Origin: Oscillospiraceae bacterium
GTDB lineage: Bacteria; Bacillota; Clostridia; Oscillospirales; CAG-272
Length of the DNA stretch: 64,000 bases
Direction of reading: 5' to 3'
Assembly: GCA_015063305.1 (NCBI GenBank)
Contig: SVUJ01000003.1
Coordinates: 72,261-136,260 of the forward strand
Part shown: positions 26,443 through 34,751 of the stretch, piece after piece
How the letters are laid out: each line of letters opens with the position of its first letter
Numbering within the stretch: the stretch's first letter is position 1
Made by a program: the position numbers and the translations under genes
Notes under the pieces: model-generated
What the model was told of the DNA's origin: nothing
The model's database searches: none
The model's input: the letters and a program-made list of their open reading frames with translations, nothing else

Positions 26443-27882
26443 TTATCTTTTTCTCCAGGTCGAGGGAGAGAACAGTACTATCATAGGCATTATCTCAAGT
26501 CTTCCGATAAGCATATTAAGAGAAAGAATTATCTTTGAAGGATATGAGAAATCATACATGTTGCCCGTAGGACCGATATCACCCAGAATAGGACCTACGT
26601 TATTTATACAGCTCAAAGTGGCTGTGAAATTAGTTTCAAAGCTAAAGCCATCCAATGAAACACACAGAACAGTGATGATAATTATTGTTATATATACGGT
26701 CAGATATCCCGTTGCTATGTGTACGGTTTCCGGCGACAAGACCTCGCCGTCAAGTCGTACTACGTTTACTGAACGAGGACGAACTATTCGCTTGAATTCT
26801 TTCGCGATATTTTTTAACAAAATAAGTATACGAGATACTTTAAGACCACCCGCGGTAGAGCCCGCACACGCACCGACTATCATTAAAATTATGATTATGG
26901 ATTTTGAGAACACAGGCCATAATCCAAAGTTAGAGGTTACAAAGCCGGTCGTGGTCATAATACTTGACACTTGGAAGAACGATATTCTGAGACATTCCTC
27001 CAATCCATTGAACATATGAGCGGTATTTATAGCAATAGCCACGGTTGAAGCAGCGCAGATTATGATATATGCTCTCAGCTCTTCGCTTTTGAATACGTCC
27101 TTTACTTTTCTTATAAGCAGTAGGAAATACAGATTGAAGTTCAAGCCAAACAACAGCATAAAAACAGCTATTACCCATTCCGCCGCGGGATTATTGTATC
27201 CGGCAATAGAGGCATTAAGAACAGAGAATCCGCCCGTACCCGCAGTGGCAAAGGTTGTAACCAAGGCATCATAAAGAGGGAAGCTACAAATTAGGAGCGC
27301 AAGTACCTGAAAAATAGTGAGGACGAAATATATACCGTAAAGTATAAGTGCAGTCTGCCTCATTTTCGGTACTAACTTTCCCTTTGTGGGTCCGGGCACT
27401 TCGGCTCGCATAAGATACATCGCCTGTCCGCCCGACGAGGGAAGGATGGCGAGAACGAAAACAAGCACGCCCATACCGCCTATCCAATGAGTAAAGCTTC
27501 TCCAGAATAGCAACCCTTTGGGAAGAGCTTCTATATTTGAAAGTATAGTAGCCCCCGTGGTTGTGAAGCCCGAAACTGTTTCAAAGAAAGCGTTTATATA
27601 ATTCGGTATCGTACCGCTTATTACAAAGGGAAGTGCTCCAAACGCGGACAAAAGTATCCAACCTGCCGCAACAGTAACAAAACCCTCCTTGGTGTATATT
27701 TGAGAATTTTTGGGCTTGAAAAGTGCAAACGGAAGCGCGACCGCCAATATAATGAGAACGGTGATTATAAATGGCATCACGTTCTCTCCGAATATAAGAG
27801 CAGTCGAAAGAGGGAGCATCATAAGAGCCGCTTCGATAAGCAGAATGAGTCCCAAAAGATATCCGATCATACGGTAATTCAT
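26443..27882 (-). CDS. trkH: TrkH/KtrB-family potassium uptake membrane subunit
   Basis: About 10-12 TM segments with repeated selectivity-filter-like TGF/TGG motifs (SGFTTTG, TAGTGGF, TTTGF). Confidence 0.9.
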   Translation of the reverse strand: MNYRMIGYLLGLILLIEAALMMLPLSTALIFGENVMPFIITVLIILAVALPFALFKPKNSQIYTKEGFVTVAAGWILLSAFGALPFVISGTIPNYINAFFETVSGFTTTGATILSNIEALPKGLLFWRSFTHWIGGMGVLVFVLAILPSSGGQAMYLMRAEVPGPTKGKLVPKMRQTALILYGIYFVLTIFQVLALLICSFPLYDALVTTFATAGTGGFSVLNASIAGYNNPAAEWVIAVFMLLFGLNFNLYFLLLIRKVKDVFKSEELRAYIIICAASTVAIAINTAHMFNGLEECLRISFFQVSSIMTTTGFVTSNFGLWPVFSKSIIIILMIVGACAGSTAGGLKVSRILILLKNIAKEFKRIVRPRSVNVVRLDGEVLSPETVHIATGYLTVYITIIIITVLCVSLDGFSFETNFTATLSCINNVGPILGDIGPTGNMYDFSYPSKIILSLNMLIGRLEIMPMIVLFSPSTWRKR

Positions 27883-29237
27883 TACTTTAATATCTCCCCG
27901 ATTTCTTTTATCTGCGCCTCAGTGGTGATGATTATAACTGTATCTCCTCTGGATATGACATCATTACCTGAGGGGATTATTACCTTATCGTTGTGTACGA
28001 TACAGGCTATAAGAACTCCTCGGCGGAGCTTTAACTCCTTGAGCGGTATGTTTGTAAGCTCCGGAATATTCTGTTTTATAAGGAACTCCAAAGCTTCTAC
28101 GCGGTCATCCATAAGCTTTTGCAGGGACTCTATTTCCGAGCTGCGTACGTTAGCCATAGATCGAACATACCTCATAATGTAAGTTGCGGTAGAGGTTTTG
28201 GGAGAAACTATGCTGTCAAGTCCAACTCCGCGGAAAAGGTCAACGTAGGAGATAGACTTTATCATAGTTATTATCCTTCCTTCGGTCTTTGTCTTTGCAT
28301 ACATAGATACTATGGCGTTTTCTTCATCCTCGTTTGAGAGGGCAAGAAATGCGTCGGCATTGGCAAGGCCTTCTTCAAGAAGTACGTTCTGATCAGCCGA
28401 ATCATTGCATATAACCGTACAGTCAAAATCTTCGGCAAGCTCTCGGCATATCTTTTCATTTTTTTCTATGACAGTAGATTTTATCTTTCCTTTTTTGAGC
28501 AAGGCTTCAAGATAATAGGTCGTTCTTCCGCCTCCGGAAATGAGTATATTTTTCACGGGGTGCTTGTATACACCTATAGCCTTAAAGAATTTTGTTATTT
28601 CGTCCTCGGGGGCTGTGACACAGAGCACGTCACCCGCTTCAATGGTGAAGTGACCTGTAGGTATAAGCGCCTCGCCATCTCTGAGTGTCGCGCAAACAAG
28701 GAAGCGAATATTGAGCTTTGAGCGAAGCTCATTAAGGGTAGATCCGCAGATAGAGGAATCTTTAGATACGGTGAACTGGGCAACGTCCACACGTCCGCGG
28801 CAGAAGGTGTCGGTCTTGGTAGCAGAAGGGAAGCGGAGCATACGGTATATCTCCTTAGCTACGGCAAGCTCGGGATTTATCGTCATAGAAAGATTGAGCT
28901 CACTGCGCATAAAGCTCATAAGCTCTGAATATTCGGGGTTTCTGACCCTTGCTATGGTGCTTTTAACGCCTAACTTTTTCGCCGCCGCACAGCAGAGAAT
29001 ATTTATCTCGTCCGACGAGGTGACGGCAATAAGAAGATCGGCTTTGTCAACAGAAGCCTTTTTCAAGGTTGAGAGATCTGCACCGTTTCCAATAACACCA
29101 AAAACGTCGCAACGGTTGGATATATCCGTAAGGGCAGAATAGTTAGTGTCCACAAGGGTTATATTGTGATTTTCCAAAGCTAACTGAGCGCATATAGCGG
29201 CACCGACTACCCCGGCACCCACGATAACAATATTCAT
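27882..29237 (-). CDS. trkA: TrkA potassium uptake NAD-binding subunit (two RCK modules)
   Basis: MNIVIVGAGVVGAAIC and a second ILISGGGRTTYY Rossmann motif. The ATG at 29237 follows AGGAGG. The stop overlaps the trkH ATG by 1 nt. Confidence 0.9.
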   Translation of the reverse strand: MNIVIVGAGVVGAAICAQLALENHNITLVDTNYSALTDISNRCDVFGVIGNGADLSTLKKASVDKADLLIAVTSSDEINILCCAAAKKLGVKSTIARVRNPEYSELMSFMRSELNLSMTINPELAVAKEIYRMLRFPSATKTDTFCRGRVDVAQFTVSKDSSICGSTLNELRSKLNIRFLVCATLRDGEALIPTGHFTIEAGDVLCVTAPEDEITKFFKAIGVYKHPVKNILISGGGRTTYYLEALLKKGKIKSTVIEKNEKICRELAEDFDCTVICNDSADQNVLLEEGLANADAFLALSNEDEENAIVSMYAKTKTEGRIITMIKSISYVDLFRGVGLDSIVSPKTSTATYIMRYVRSMANVRSSEIESLQKLMDDRVEALEFLIKQNIPELTNIPLKELKLRRGVLIACIVHNDKVIIPSGNDVISRGDTVIIITTEAQIKEIGEILK

Positions 29238-29280
29238 AACAGTCCTCCTAAAATAATAGGCAATATTACAAATTACCACT

Positions 29281-29309
29281 ATTATAGCACTGATATTTTC
29301 ATTTTTCAA
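29281..29309 (-). promoter_or_regulatory. Sigma-A-type promoter for trkA-trkH (TTGAAA-17-TATAAT, minus strand)
   Basis: Minus strand reads TTGAAA, aatgaaaatatcagtgc, TATAAT. The leader is only about 40 nt. Confidence 0.6.
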
Positions 29310-29328
29310 GTAAAAATTAAATATTCTG

Positions 29329-29357
29329 TTGACAAGGGGAGATTTAGGTGTTATCAT
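29329..29357 (+). promoter_or_regulatory. Sigma-A-type promoter for the cadC-like / HMA / ATPase operon (TTGACA-17-TATCAT)
   Basis: -35 at 29329-29334 and -10 at 29352-29357. The -10 overlaps a TCATATGA palindrome. Confidence 0.6.
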
Positions 29358-29389
29358 ATGAATGAACGTAAATATGAATGGAGGTTCAT

Positions 29390-29731
29390 ATGAAGCACGA
29401 TCACGAGGAAATATTGAAAAAAGTTAAGCATGAGCTGCCAACAGACGAGACACTTTGCGATCTCTCGGATCTGTTTAAGATATTCGGCGACACAACGAGA
29501 ATAAAGATACTTTATTCTTTGTTTGAGTCCGAGATGTGCGTCTGCGCTATTGCCGAACTTTTGGGAATGACCCAGTCGGCTATATCGCACCAGCTCAAAA
29601 TACTTAAGGACGCCAATCTTGTGGGAAACAGAAGAGAGGGAAAAACGATATACTATTTTTTGTCGGACGATCACGTCAGAACGGTCATAGCCCAAGGCTT
29701 TGAACATCTTATTGAAAAAGGAGAAAATTGA
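29390..29731 (+). CDS. ArsR/SmtB-family metal-sensing repressor (CadC/CzrA-like)
   Basis: LFKIFGDTTRIKILYSL, the CVC motif (EMCVCAIAELL) and SAISHQLKILKDANLV. The ATG at 29390 follows GGAGG. Confidence 0.85.
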   Translation: MKHDHEEILKKVKHELPTDETLCDLSDLFKIFGDTTRIKILYSLFESEMCVCAIAELLGMTQSAISHQLKILKDANLVGNRREGKTIYYFLSDDHVRTVIAQGFEHLIEKGEN

Positions 29732-29732
29732 A

Positions 29733-29957
29733 ATGAAAAAGGTATTTGTTATTGAGGATCTCGATTGCGCACACTGCGCCGCAAAAATGGAAGAGGCTAT
29801 CAAAAAGATAGACGGAGTTAATTCGGCAACCGTTACTTTTTTTACACAGAAGCTTACCTTAGATGCTTCTGATGATAAATTTGATAAGGTCGTTAAGGAA
29901 GCGCAAAAGGCGATAAAAAAGGTAGACCCTGCTTGTAAACTGATAGAAAAGGTATGA
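29733..29957 (+). CDS. Stand-alone heavy-metal-associated (HMA) domain protein
   Basis: 75 aa with a ferredoxin-like HMA pattern and the CxxC motif (LDCAHCAAKME). Its stop overlaps the ATPase ATG (ATGA). Confidence 0.8.
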   Translation: MKKVFVIEDLDCAHCAAKMEEAIKKIDGVNSATVTFFTQKLTLDASDDKFDKVVKEAQKAIKKVDPACKLIEKV

Positions 29958-31795
29958 AGAAAAAGCATAAAATAATTATTGCGCGTATCCTGATTTCGTT
30001 TTTACTTACCGCGGCGGCATTGTTACTCCCGATAAAGGATAGCTACATAGCCCTCTTGGCAGTTCTGTCTATACCTTATTTTGTTATTGGTTATGACGTG
30101 CTTTGGTCGGCACTCAGAAATATTTTTCACGGACAGATATTCGACGAGAATTTTCTGATGGCTATAGCCACCGTGGGCGCGTTCGCTATAGGCGAATATT
30201 ACGAGGCTGTAGGGGTGATGATATTCTACCAGACGGGAGAGCTTTTCCAAAGCCTTGCCGTTGGAAAGAGCCGCCGTTCTATCGCCGAGCTGATGGATAT
30301 AAGACCCGATAGCGCTACCGTTCTCAGAGATGGCGGGGAGATCACCCTGTCGCCCGAAGAGGTGTCTGTGGGTGAGGTCATTCTCGTGCGCCCGGGCGAG
30401 CGCATACCGCTTGACGGAGAGATAATAGAGGGAGCTACCTCGCTCGACCTCTCGGCGCTTACAGGAGAGAGCCTGCCCGCAGATAAGGGCGTGGGAGAGG
30501 CGGTCGTAAGCGGCTCGGTAAATCTCAGCGGACTTATAAAAATAAGGGTAAACACCACGTTTGGCGACAGTACGGTTTCGAGAATACTCGACCTCGTTGA
30601 AAATTCAGCTACAAAAAAATCCAAAGCGGAGAATTTTATCACTCGCTTCGCGAGATATTATACCCCCTGTGTGGTGTTTGGAGCTATGGCTCTTGCCCTT
30701 ATCCCGCCGCTCTTGTTTGGCGCTGAGTGGATAGAATGGATAGAACGCGCGCTTATATTCCTTATGGTGTCCTGTCCTTGTGCGCTGGTGATATCAGTAC
30801 CGCTCTCCTTCTTTGGCGGTATCGGTGGAGCGTCAAGAATGGGAGTACTTATAAAGGGCGCAAACTATCTTGAAATGCTCTCAAAGATAGATACTGTGGT
30901 CTTTGATAAAACAGGAACGCTTACCCGCGGAAGCTTTGAGGTGGTAGATATACACAGCGAGAGGGTGAGCAAAGAAGAGCTGCTTGAGATTGCGGCTTAT
31001 GCCGAAAGTTTTTCAAATCACCCGATAGCCCGTTCTATAGTTAGGGCGTATCCACACGAGATCAAAAAAGAGCGTATAGGAAAGATATCCGAATACGCGG
31101 GTATGGGACTTTGTGCCACCGTGGACGGAAAAGAAATATACGTTGGAAACAGGTCGCTGATGAATAGCATAGGACTTGATATATCCTTAGGAGAAAGCCA
31201 CGGCGGAACAGTACATATCGGGACAAGCGGTGAGTATCTGGGTCATATTGAGATAAGCGACAGTATTAAGCCTTCGTCAAAAAGAGCCATAAAAGAGCTT
31301 CGTGAGGGCGGAATAGAGAAGACTGTAATGCTTACGGGCGACTCGCGCCGTGTGGCAGAACGGATAGGAAATGAGCTTAATATAGACGATATATACCCCG
31401 AGCTTTTGCCCGAGGATAAGGTCACGATCGTAGAAAAGCTTATTGCAAACGGAAATAAGGTGGCTTTTGTCGGTGACGGAATAAACGACGCGCCCGTCCT
31501 TGCGAGGGCGGACGTGGGAATATCGATGGGAGGTGTGGGAAGCGACGCGGCTATCGAAGCGTCCGACATAGTTCTTATGGACGATGACCCATCGAAGATA
31601 TCAAGGGCTATAAAGCTCTCAAAGAAGACTATGAGAATAGTCAGACAGAATATAATTTTCGCGCTTGGCGTTAAGGGTATCATACTTATCCTCGGCGCGC
31701 TGGGATATGCCAATATGTGGGTGGCGGTCTTCGGCGACGTTGGTGTTGCGGTGATAGCTATATTCAACGCTATGCGATCCTTAAAGTCAAACTAA
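29954..31795 (+). CDS. cadA: P1B-type heavy-metal-translocating ATPase, Cd/Zn/Pb-type signature, lacking an N-terminal HMA domain
   Basis: CPC in TM6 (SCPCALVISVP), DKTGTLT, GDGINDAP, Lys in TM7 (GVKGI) and Asp in TM8 (FGDVGVAV). Confidence 0.88.
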   Translation: MKKKHKIIIARILISFLLTAAALLLPIKDSYIALLAVLSIPYFVIGYDVLWSALRNIFHGQIFDENFLMAIATVGAFAIGEYYEAVGVMIFYQTGELFQSLAVGKSRRSIAELMDIRPDSATVLRDGGEITLSPEEVSVGEVILVRPGERIPLDGEIIEGATSLDLSALTGESLPADKGVGEAVVSGSVNLSGLIKIRVNTTFGDSTVSRILDLVENSATKKSKAENFITRFARYYTPCVVFGAMALALIPPLLFGAEWIEWIERALIFLMVSCPCALVISVPLSFFGGIGGASRMGVLIKGANYLEMLSKIDTVVFDKTGTLTRGSFEVVDIHSERVSKEELLEIAAYAESFSNHPIARSIVRAYPHEIKKERIGKISEYAGMGLCATVDGKEIYVGNRSLMNSIGLDISLGESHGGTVHIGTSGEYLGHIEISDSIKPSSKRAIKELREGGIEKTVMLTGDSRRVAERIGNELNIDDIYPELLPEDKVTIVEKLIANGNKVAFVGDGINDAPVLARADVGISMGGVGSDAAIEASDIVLMDDDPSKISRAIKLSKKTMRIVRQNIIFALGVKGIILILGALGYANMWVAVFGDVGVAVIAIFNAMRSLKSN

Positions 31796-31827
31796 AAGCT
31801 GTGGCAGATTTAGCTGCCACAGCTTTT
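31794..31827. terminator. Bidirectional terminator between the ATPase gene and the convergent membrane-protein gene
   Basis: 14-bp stem AAAAGCTGTGGCAG / CTGCCACAGCTTTT. The minus-strand gene's last codons lie in the right arm and its stop codon in the loop. Confidence 0.8.
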
Positions 31828-33126
31828 AGCTTTATATAGTCTTTCCCGAAATACCGAAGCTATCTCCACGCTCAGAAGCAGGAGGATCACGAATGAGTGC
31901 AGGATAAAATTTTTCGGGAAAATAAATAAAGTGCAGAATAAAAAGATAAAAGAAAAGAAGTATAGCACCCGTTTTTTCAGCGATAGCGAAGTATATGAGC
32001 GGATATATTCAAGAAGGGGAAGTATGGCAAAAATGATAACGTAAAAATAAGATATGGTGGGTATCAGTATCACTACGGCGAAGCAAATGACGTATCTTGA
32101 AAAATTGCTTTTTGCCCCTATGGCGGCATAGGTGCTGATGGCAAATACGAGGATTATGGCTACAAGACCTATAACCGAGTATACTACAGATTCGGCATCG
32201 AGCCGCGGTATGAAGATATGCAAAAATTTATAAAGCAGCGCGGATATAGAGAGATTGTTTGGCGCGAGAAGTCTTACCTCGTCCGACATAAATCCGCCAA
32301 GATTATCAATAAACGGCGAGAGATATTCGAAATTTTTCCCGAAGATAAAGAATGAGAGACCAAAAATAAGCGCAAAATACACCGCAACTCGCACTGAAGC
32401 AAAAATCTTTTTTTCTTTGAGCAGAAAAACTCCAAAGAAGAGGGGGTATATTTTTATAGCACCCGCAAGGGCAAGACACAGGTAGGATATCTCTCTTGCC
32501 GTGGGATTTTTACTGTCCTTTAAGATCAGAAAGATAAGGAGAAAGATAAGGGCAAAATATATGGTGTTTCCCCGCATAGCGGTGAAAACGAAAGGGGCGC
32601 TGAAGGTGATGGTTATCGCAAGCTTTAAGATATCCTTCCCCCCCATCTCAAAAAGCTTGGCGCAAAGGAGGACGATAAGCGTTGAGCAGAGAACGAAGAA
32701 GAGGACCATCGCTATCCAGAACTGGGGATATGCTATAACCTCTGCGGTAAGCTCGTCGGCGGTAAGCTCGCTGAACTCGTACTGAGAAAAGATCTCTTTG
32801 CAGATAAGCGCAAAGGGGTATAGCATAGCTATCGCGATAGGGGGATAAGAGGAATCGCCAACGATGTACGGACTTTCCTCTAAAGAAAAGTTCATTATAA
32901 CGACGAAGTCGGAAAAGATACCGAGAAGCCAATCAAATTTTGCGCTTCCTCTGTAAAGAGCCGCGTAGGCGTAGACGTAATAGAGAATGATGCAAAGCAT
33001 AGCGAAAACGGTGCTCACGGAGATTATAGCGAAGAAGGCGTTGTAAATTTTCTTGTTCGTGTCGGGGGTTTCTTTATCACCGAAGAAGGCATAAAGCTTG
33101 TTGTGTAAATATGTTATCATAATCAC
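31810..33126 (-). CDS. Polytopic membrane protein, possibly a GT-C-fold glycosyltransferase-like (DUF2029/GT87-like) protein
   Basis: About 12 TM segments. The first loop (EESPYIVGDSSYPPIAIAMLYPF) resembles the PY...YPP motif I recall for DUF2029. This rests on memory only. Confidence 0.45.
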   Translation of the reverse strand: MIMITYLHNKLYAFFGDKETPDTNKKIYNAFFAIISVSTVFAMLCIILYYVYAYAALYRGSAKFDWLLGIFSDFVVIMNFSLEESPYIVGDSSYPPIAIAMLYPFALICKEIFSQYEFSELTADELTAEVIAYPQFWIAMVLFFVLCSTLIVLLCAKLFEMGGKDILKLAITITFSAPFVFTAMRGNTIYFALIFLLIFLILKDSKNPTAREISYLCLALAGAIKIYPLFFGVFLLKEKKIFASVRVAVYFALIFGLSFFIFGKNFEYLSPFIDNLGGFMSDEVRLLAPNNLSISALLYKFLHIFIPRLDAESVVYSVIGLVAIILVFAISTYAAIGAKSNFSRYVICFAVVILIPTISYFYVIIFAILPLLEYIRSYTSLSLKKRVLYFFSFIFLFCTLFIFPKNFILHSFVILLLLSVEIASVFRERLYKAKSCGS

Positions 33127-33211
33127 TCTCCGAAGGATAATGAAGATTATTGCAGATCCACACTATAATTATACCGTTTTGCCACACAAAGTATCAATGA
33201 TATTTAAAATT

Positions 33212-33243
33212 CAATAAAAAAGGGCGCAAATTGCTTTGCGCCC
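33212..33243 (-). terminator. Strong terminator about 200 nt downstream of the SASP gene
   Basis: Minus strand reads GGGCGCAAA-gcaa-TTTGCGCCC followed by TTTTTTATT. Confidence 0.85.
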
Positions 33244-33255
33244 CGTTTGGTTACA

Positions 33256-33429
33256 TCACCAATCATTCGGTATCATAAATGAGATACCGTCGGATAGATA
33301 TTTGGTACACTCAGTATCTTTGGGTCTGTAGGGTCGTGTATCTCCATAGTGGATATATTCCGTCGAAAGGTCGGGTAATCTCATACTGAACTCACTACCA
33401 AACTGTATATCCGAGCAGAGAATATTCAT
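33256..33429 (-). CDS. Candidate small protein (57 aa), absent from the ORF track, between the SASP gene and its terminator
   Basis: The ATG at 33429 lies 14 nt after the SASP stop and is preceded by TTGGAGAA (short spacing). My own translation is MNILCSDIQFGSEFSMRLPDLSTEYIHYGDTRPYRPKDTECTKYLSDGISFMIPNDW. The stop is 13 nt before the terminator stem. Confidence 0.3.
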   Translation of the reverse strand: MNILCSDIQFGSEFSMRLPDLSTEYIHYGDTRPYRPKDTECTKYLSDGISFMIPNDW

Positions 33430-33443
33430 TTCTCCAAGAGTAC

Positions 33444-33632
33444 TTACTTGGTTGTTGTCATATTGTTCTCATAGCTTTCGATCATCTTCTTAACCATCTG
33501 ACCGCCTATAGAACCTGCCTGACGTGCTGTAAGGTCTCCGTTATAACCGTTGTTGTTAAGGTTTACACCAACTTCACTTGCAGCCTGCATCTTCATCTGC
33601 TCAAGAGCCTGCTTTGCCTGCTTGTTTGCCAT
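33444..33632 (-). CDS. Alpha/beta-type small acid-soluble spore protein (SASP)
   Basis: 62 aa reading ...ALEQMKMQAASEVGV...YNGDLTARQAGSIGGQMVKKMIE, which matches the SASP signature. The ATG at 33632 follows AGGAGAA. Confidence 0.9.
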   Translation of the reverse strand: MANKQAKQALEQMKMQAASEVGVNLNNNGYNGDLTARQAGSIGGQMVKKMIESYENNMTTTK

Positions 33633-33828
33633 GTTTAAATTCTCCTGTTCTGAACCTTTGCATTTGCGCTTATCCTGTAAGCTGCAACGCAATTCGTTCG
33701 GATCTGATCTATATTTTAATTGAGCTTGTCGGAGTGTTTTCCGCCGCGCTCTGTTATTATTGTTAGCAGAACTTTTTCGTTTATTATCGGCAATTTTAGG
33801 AATAAACAAAGATAAAATTTTGAGTCAA

Positions 33829-33866
33829 TAAAAAAGTCGACCAAGTGTATTTTACACTCAGTCGAC
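33829..33866 (-). terminator. Terminator after the lipoprotein gene
   Basis: 14-bp imperfect stem GTCGACCAAGTGTA / TACACTCAGTCGAC followed on the minus strand by TTTTTTATT. Confidence 0.8.
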
Positions 33867-33882
33867 CAAGACGATTATAGCA

Positions 33883-34509
33883 TTATTTGATTTCTACCTT
33901 GACAAGGTTCGTATACTTCATCATATTTTCAAATGTGTCGACAGCAGGCAGATGCATGAATATCAAATCTCCGTTCTCAAGAAAGGCTATCTCATAGCCT
34001 ATTACTCTCTTTGTGGGGTCATTTTCGGCGTGTTCGTCAGAGCGATAGTATGTTTTTCCCTCATACTCAACGGCTTTATATCCTTGAGTTATAAAGTTTT
34101 CCTCTAAAGCCTTTTTGCCATCGGCATATAGAGAATAACGGCATATCAAGGTTTGTAAACGCTCTCTGTCATACTCGCTTAAATTCTCGGAAGACAGGTC
34201 GACGGAGGCAGCAGAATATTCTATAAGAACATAGGTATCGTCTTTCTTTGAGATTTTTGAGAGCTTATAATCGGGCTCAGGAGATGACGGAACATAATAA
34301 TAGGTCACACCATTATCTCCCGCTGATTTTTCGTGTTCTTCAAAATCTTCAAAGGAAGAGAAGGATTTTGACGCAAATAACGCTTGAACTCCCCCTGTTG
34401 TTTGAGAGCCCTTCGTGTTATCTTGAACTTCATCAGGGGAATTTACGCCACATGAACTGAGAAAGACAGTAAATATGCAGATAATAAGCAAGATCAGTTT
34501 TTGTTTCAT
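33883..34509 (-). CDS. Hypothetical lipoprotein
   Basis: Signal peptide with lipobox (LILLIICIFTVFLSSC). The ATG at 34509 follows GGAGA. Confidence 0.7.
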   Translation of the reverse strand: MKQKLILLIICIFTVFLSSCGVNSPDEVQDNTKGSQTTGGVQALFASKSFSSFEDFEEHEKSAGDNGVTYYYVPSSPEPDYKLSKISKKDDTYVLIEYSAASVDLSSENLSEYDRERLQTLICRYSLYADGKKALEENFITQGYKAVEYEGKTYYRSDEHAENDPTKRVIGYEIAFLENGDLIFMHLPAVDTFENMMKYTNLVKVEIK

Positions 34510-34560
34510 AGGAAATCTCCTTTCAGTAGAGGAATTGCTGTCGGGCTCTTGCACAATTTT

Positions 34561-34589
34561 ATTATACCATATTTTGTGTTGCGTGTAAA
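34561..34589 (-). promoter_or_regulatory. Sigma-A-type promoter for the lipoprotein gene (TTTACA-17-TGgTATAAT, minus strand)
   Basis: -35 TTTACA at 34584-34589 (minus), a 17-nt spacer, and an extended -10 (TGG-TATAAT) at 34561-34569. Confidence 0.6.
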
Positions 34590-34624
34590 GTCTAAATCTC
34601 TATAATAAAGTATGGTATTAAAAC

Positions 34625-34653
34625 TTGACAAAATTTTATGCTTGTATTATAAT
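34625..34653 (+). promoter_or_regulatory. Perfect-consensus sigma-A promoter for miaB (TTGACA-17-TATAAT)
   Basis: -35 at 34625-34630 and -10 at 34648-34653. The leader to the ATG at 34752 is about 90 nt. Confidence 0.7.
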
Positions 34654-34751
34654 TATATATTGAGATTTTGTGGGCAAATGAGAATATTGCACCACAAAAC
34701 GGTCGCCGTGTATCTCGGCGGGAGAGGTTTAGGGAAGCCCCCACAGTATTT

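Noticed and set aside
29238-29309. Looked for a c-di-AMP (ydaO/kimA-type) riboswitch upstream of trkA-trkH.
   Set aside because: The leader between the TATAAT (29281-29286, minus) and the ATG (29237) is about 40 nt and unstructured.
27882-29357. N-terminal extensions in the ORF track for trkA (to 29357), mnmA (to 7082), rhaB (from 3215), secA (from 7696), potA (to 25599), pyrE (from 57328), gpmI (to 61243), udg (to 15147) and miaB (from 34668).
   Set aside because: In each case an internal ATG has a proper GGAGG-type SD at 5-9 nt (12 nt for potA; for miaB the SD is weak and the choice rests mainly on the position of the predicted TSS). The conserved N-terminal motif also starts right after that ATG. 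The longer forms overlap neighbouring genes or promoters.
29354-29968. 204-aa minus-strand ORF covering the cadC-like and HMA genes.
   Set aside because: It is antisense to two genes with clear family motifs. It has no RBS and a Ser/Phe/Ala-rich low-complexity translation. It is a typical shadow ORF.
33444-33809. The 121-aa ORF listed on the minus strand, which extends the SASP by 59 N-terminal residues.
   Set aside because: The extension starts at a TTG without an RBS and is basic low-complexity sequence. The SASP-homologous part starts at the ATG at 33632 behind AGGAGAA and has the normal SASP length of 62 aa.
33633-33828. Tried to find a forespore-type (sigma-G/sigma-F) promoter for the SASP gene (GHATR-N17/18-CAHWHTA).
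   Set aside because: No acceptable match within about 200 nt upstream by eye. The closest is CAATTAA, which has a poor -35. The promoter is left unassigned rather than forced.
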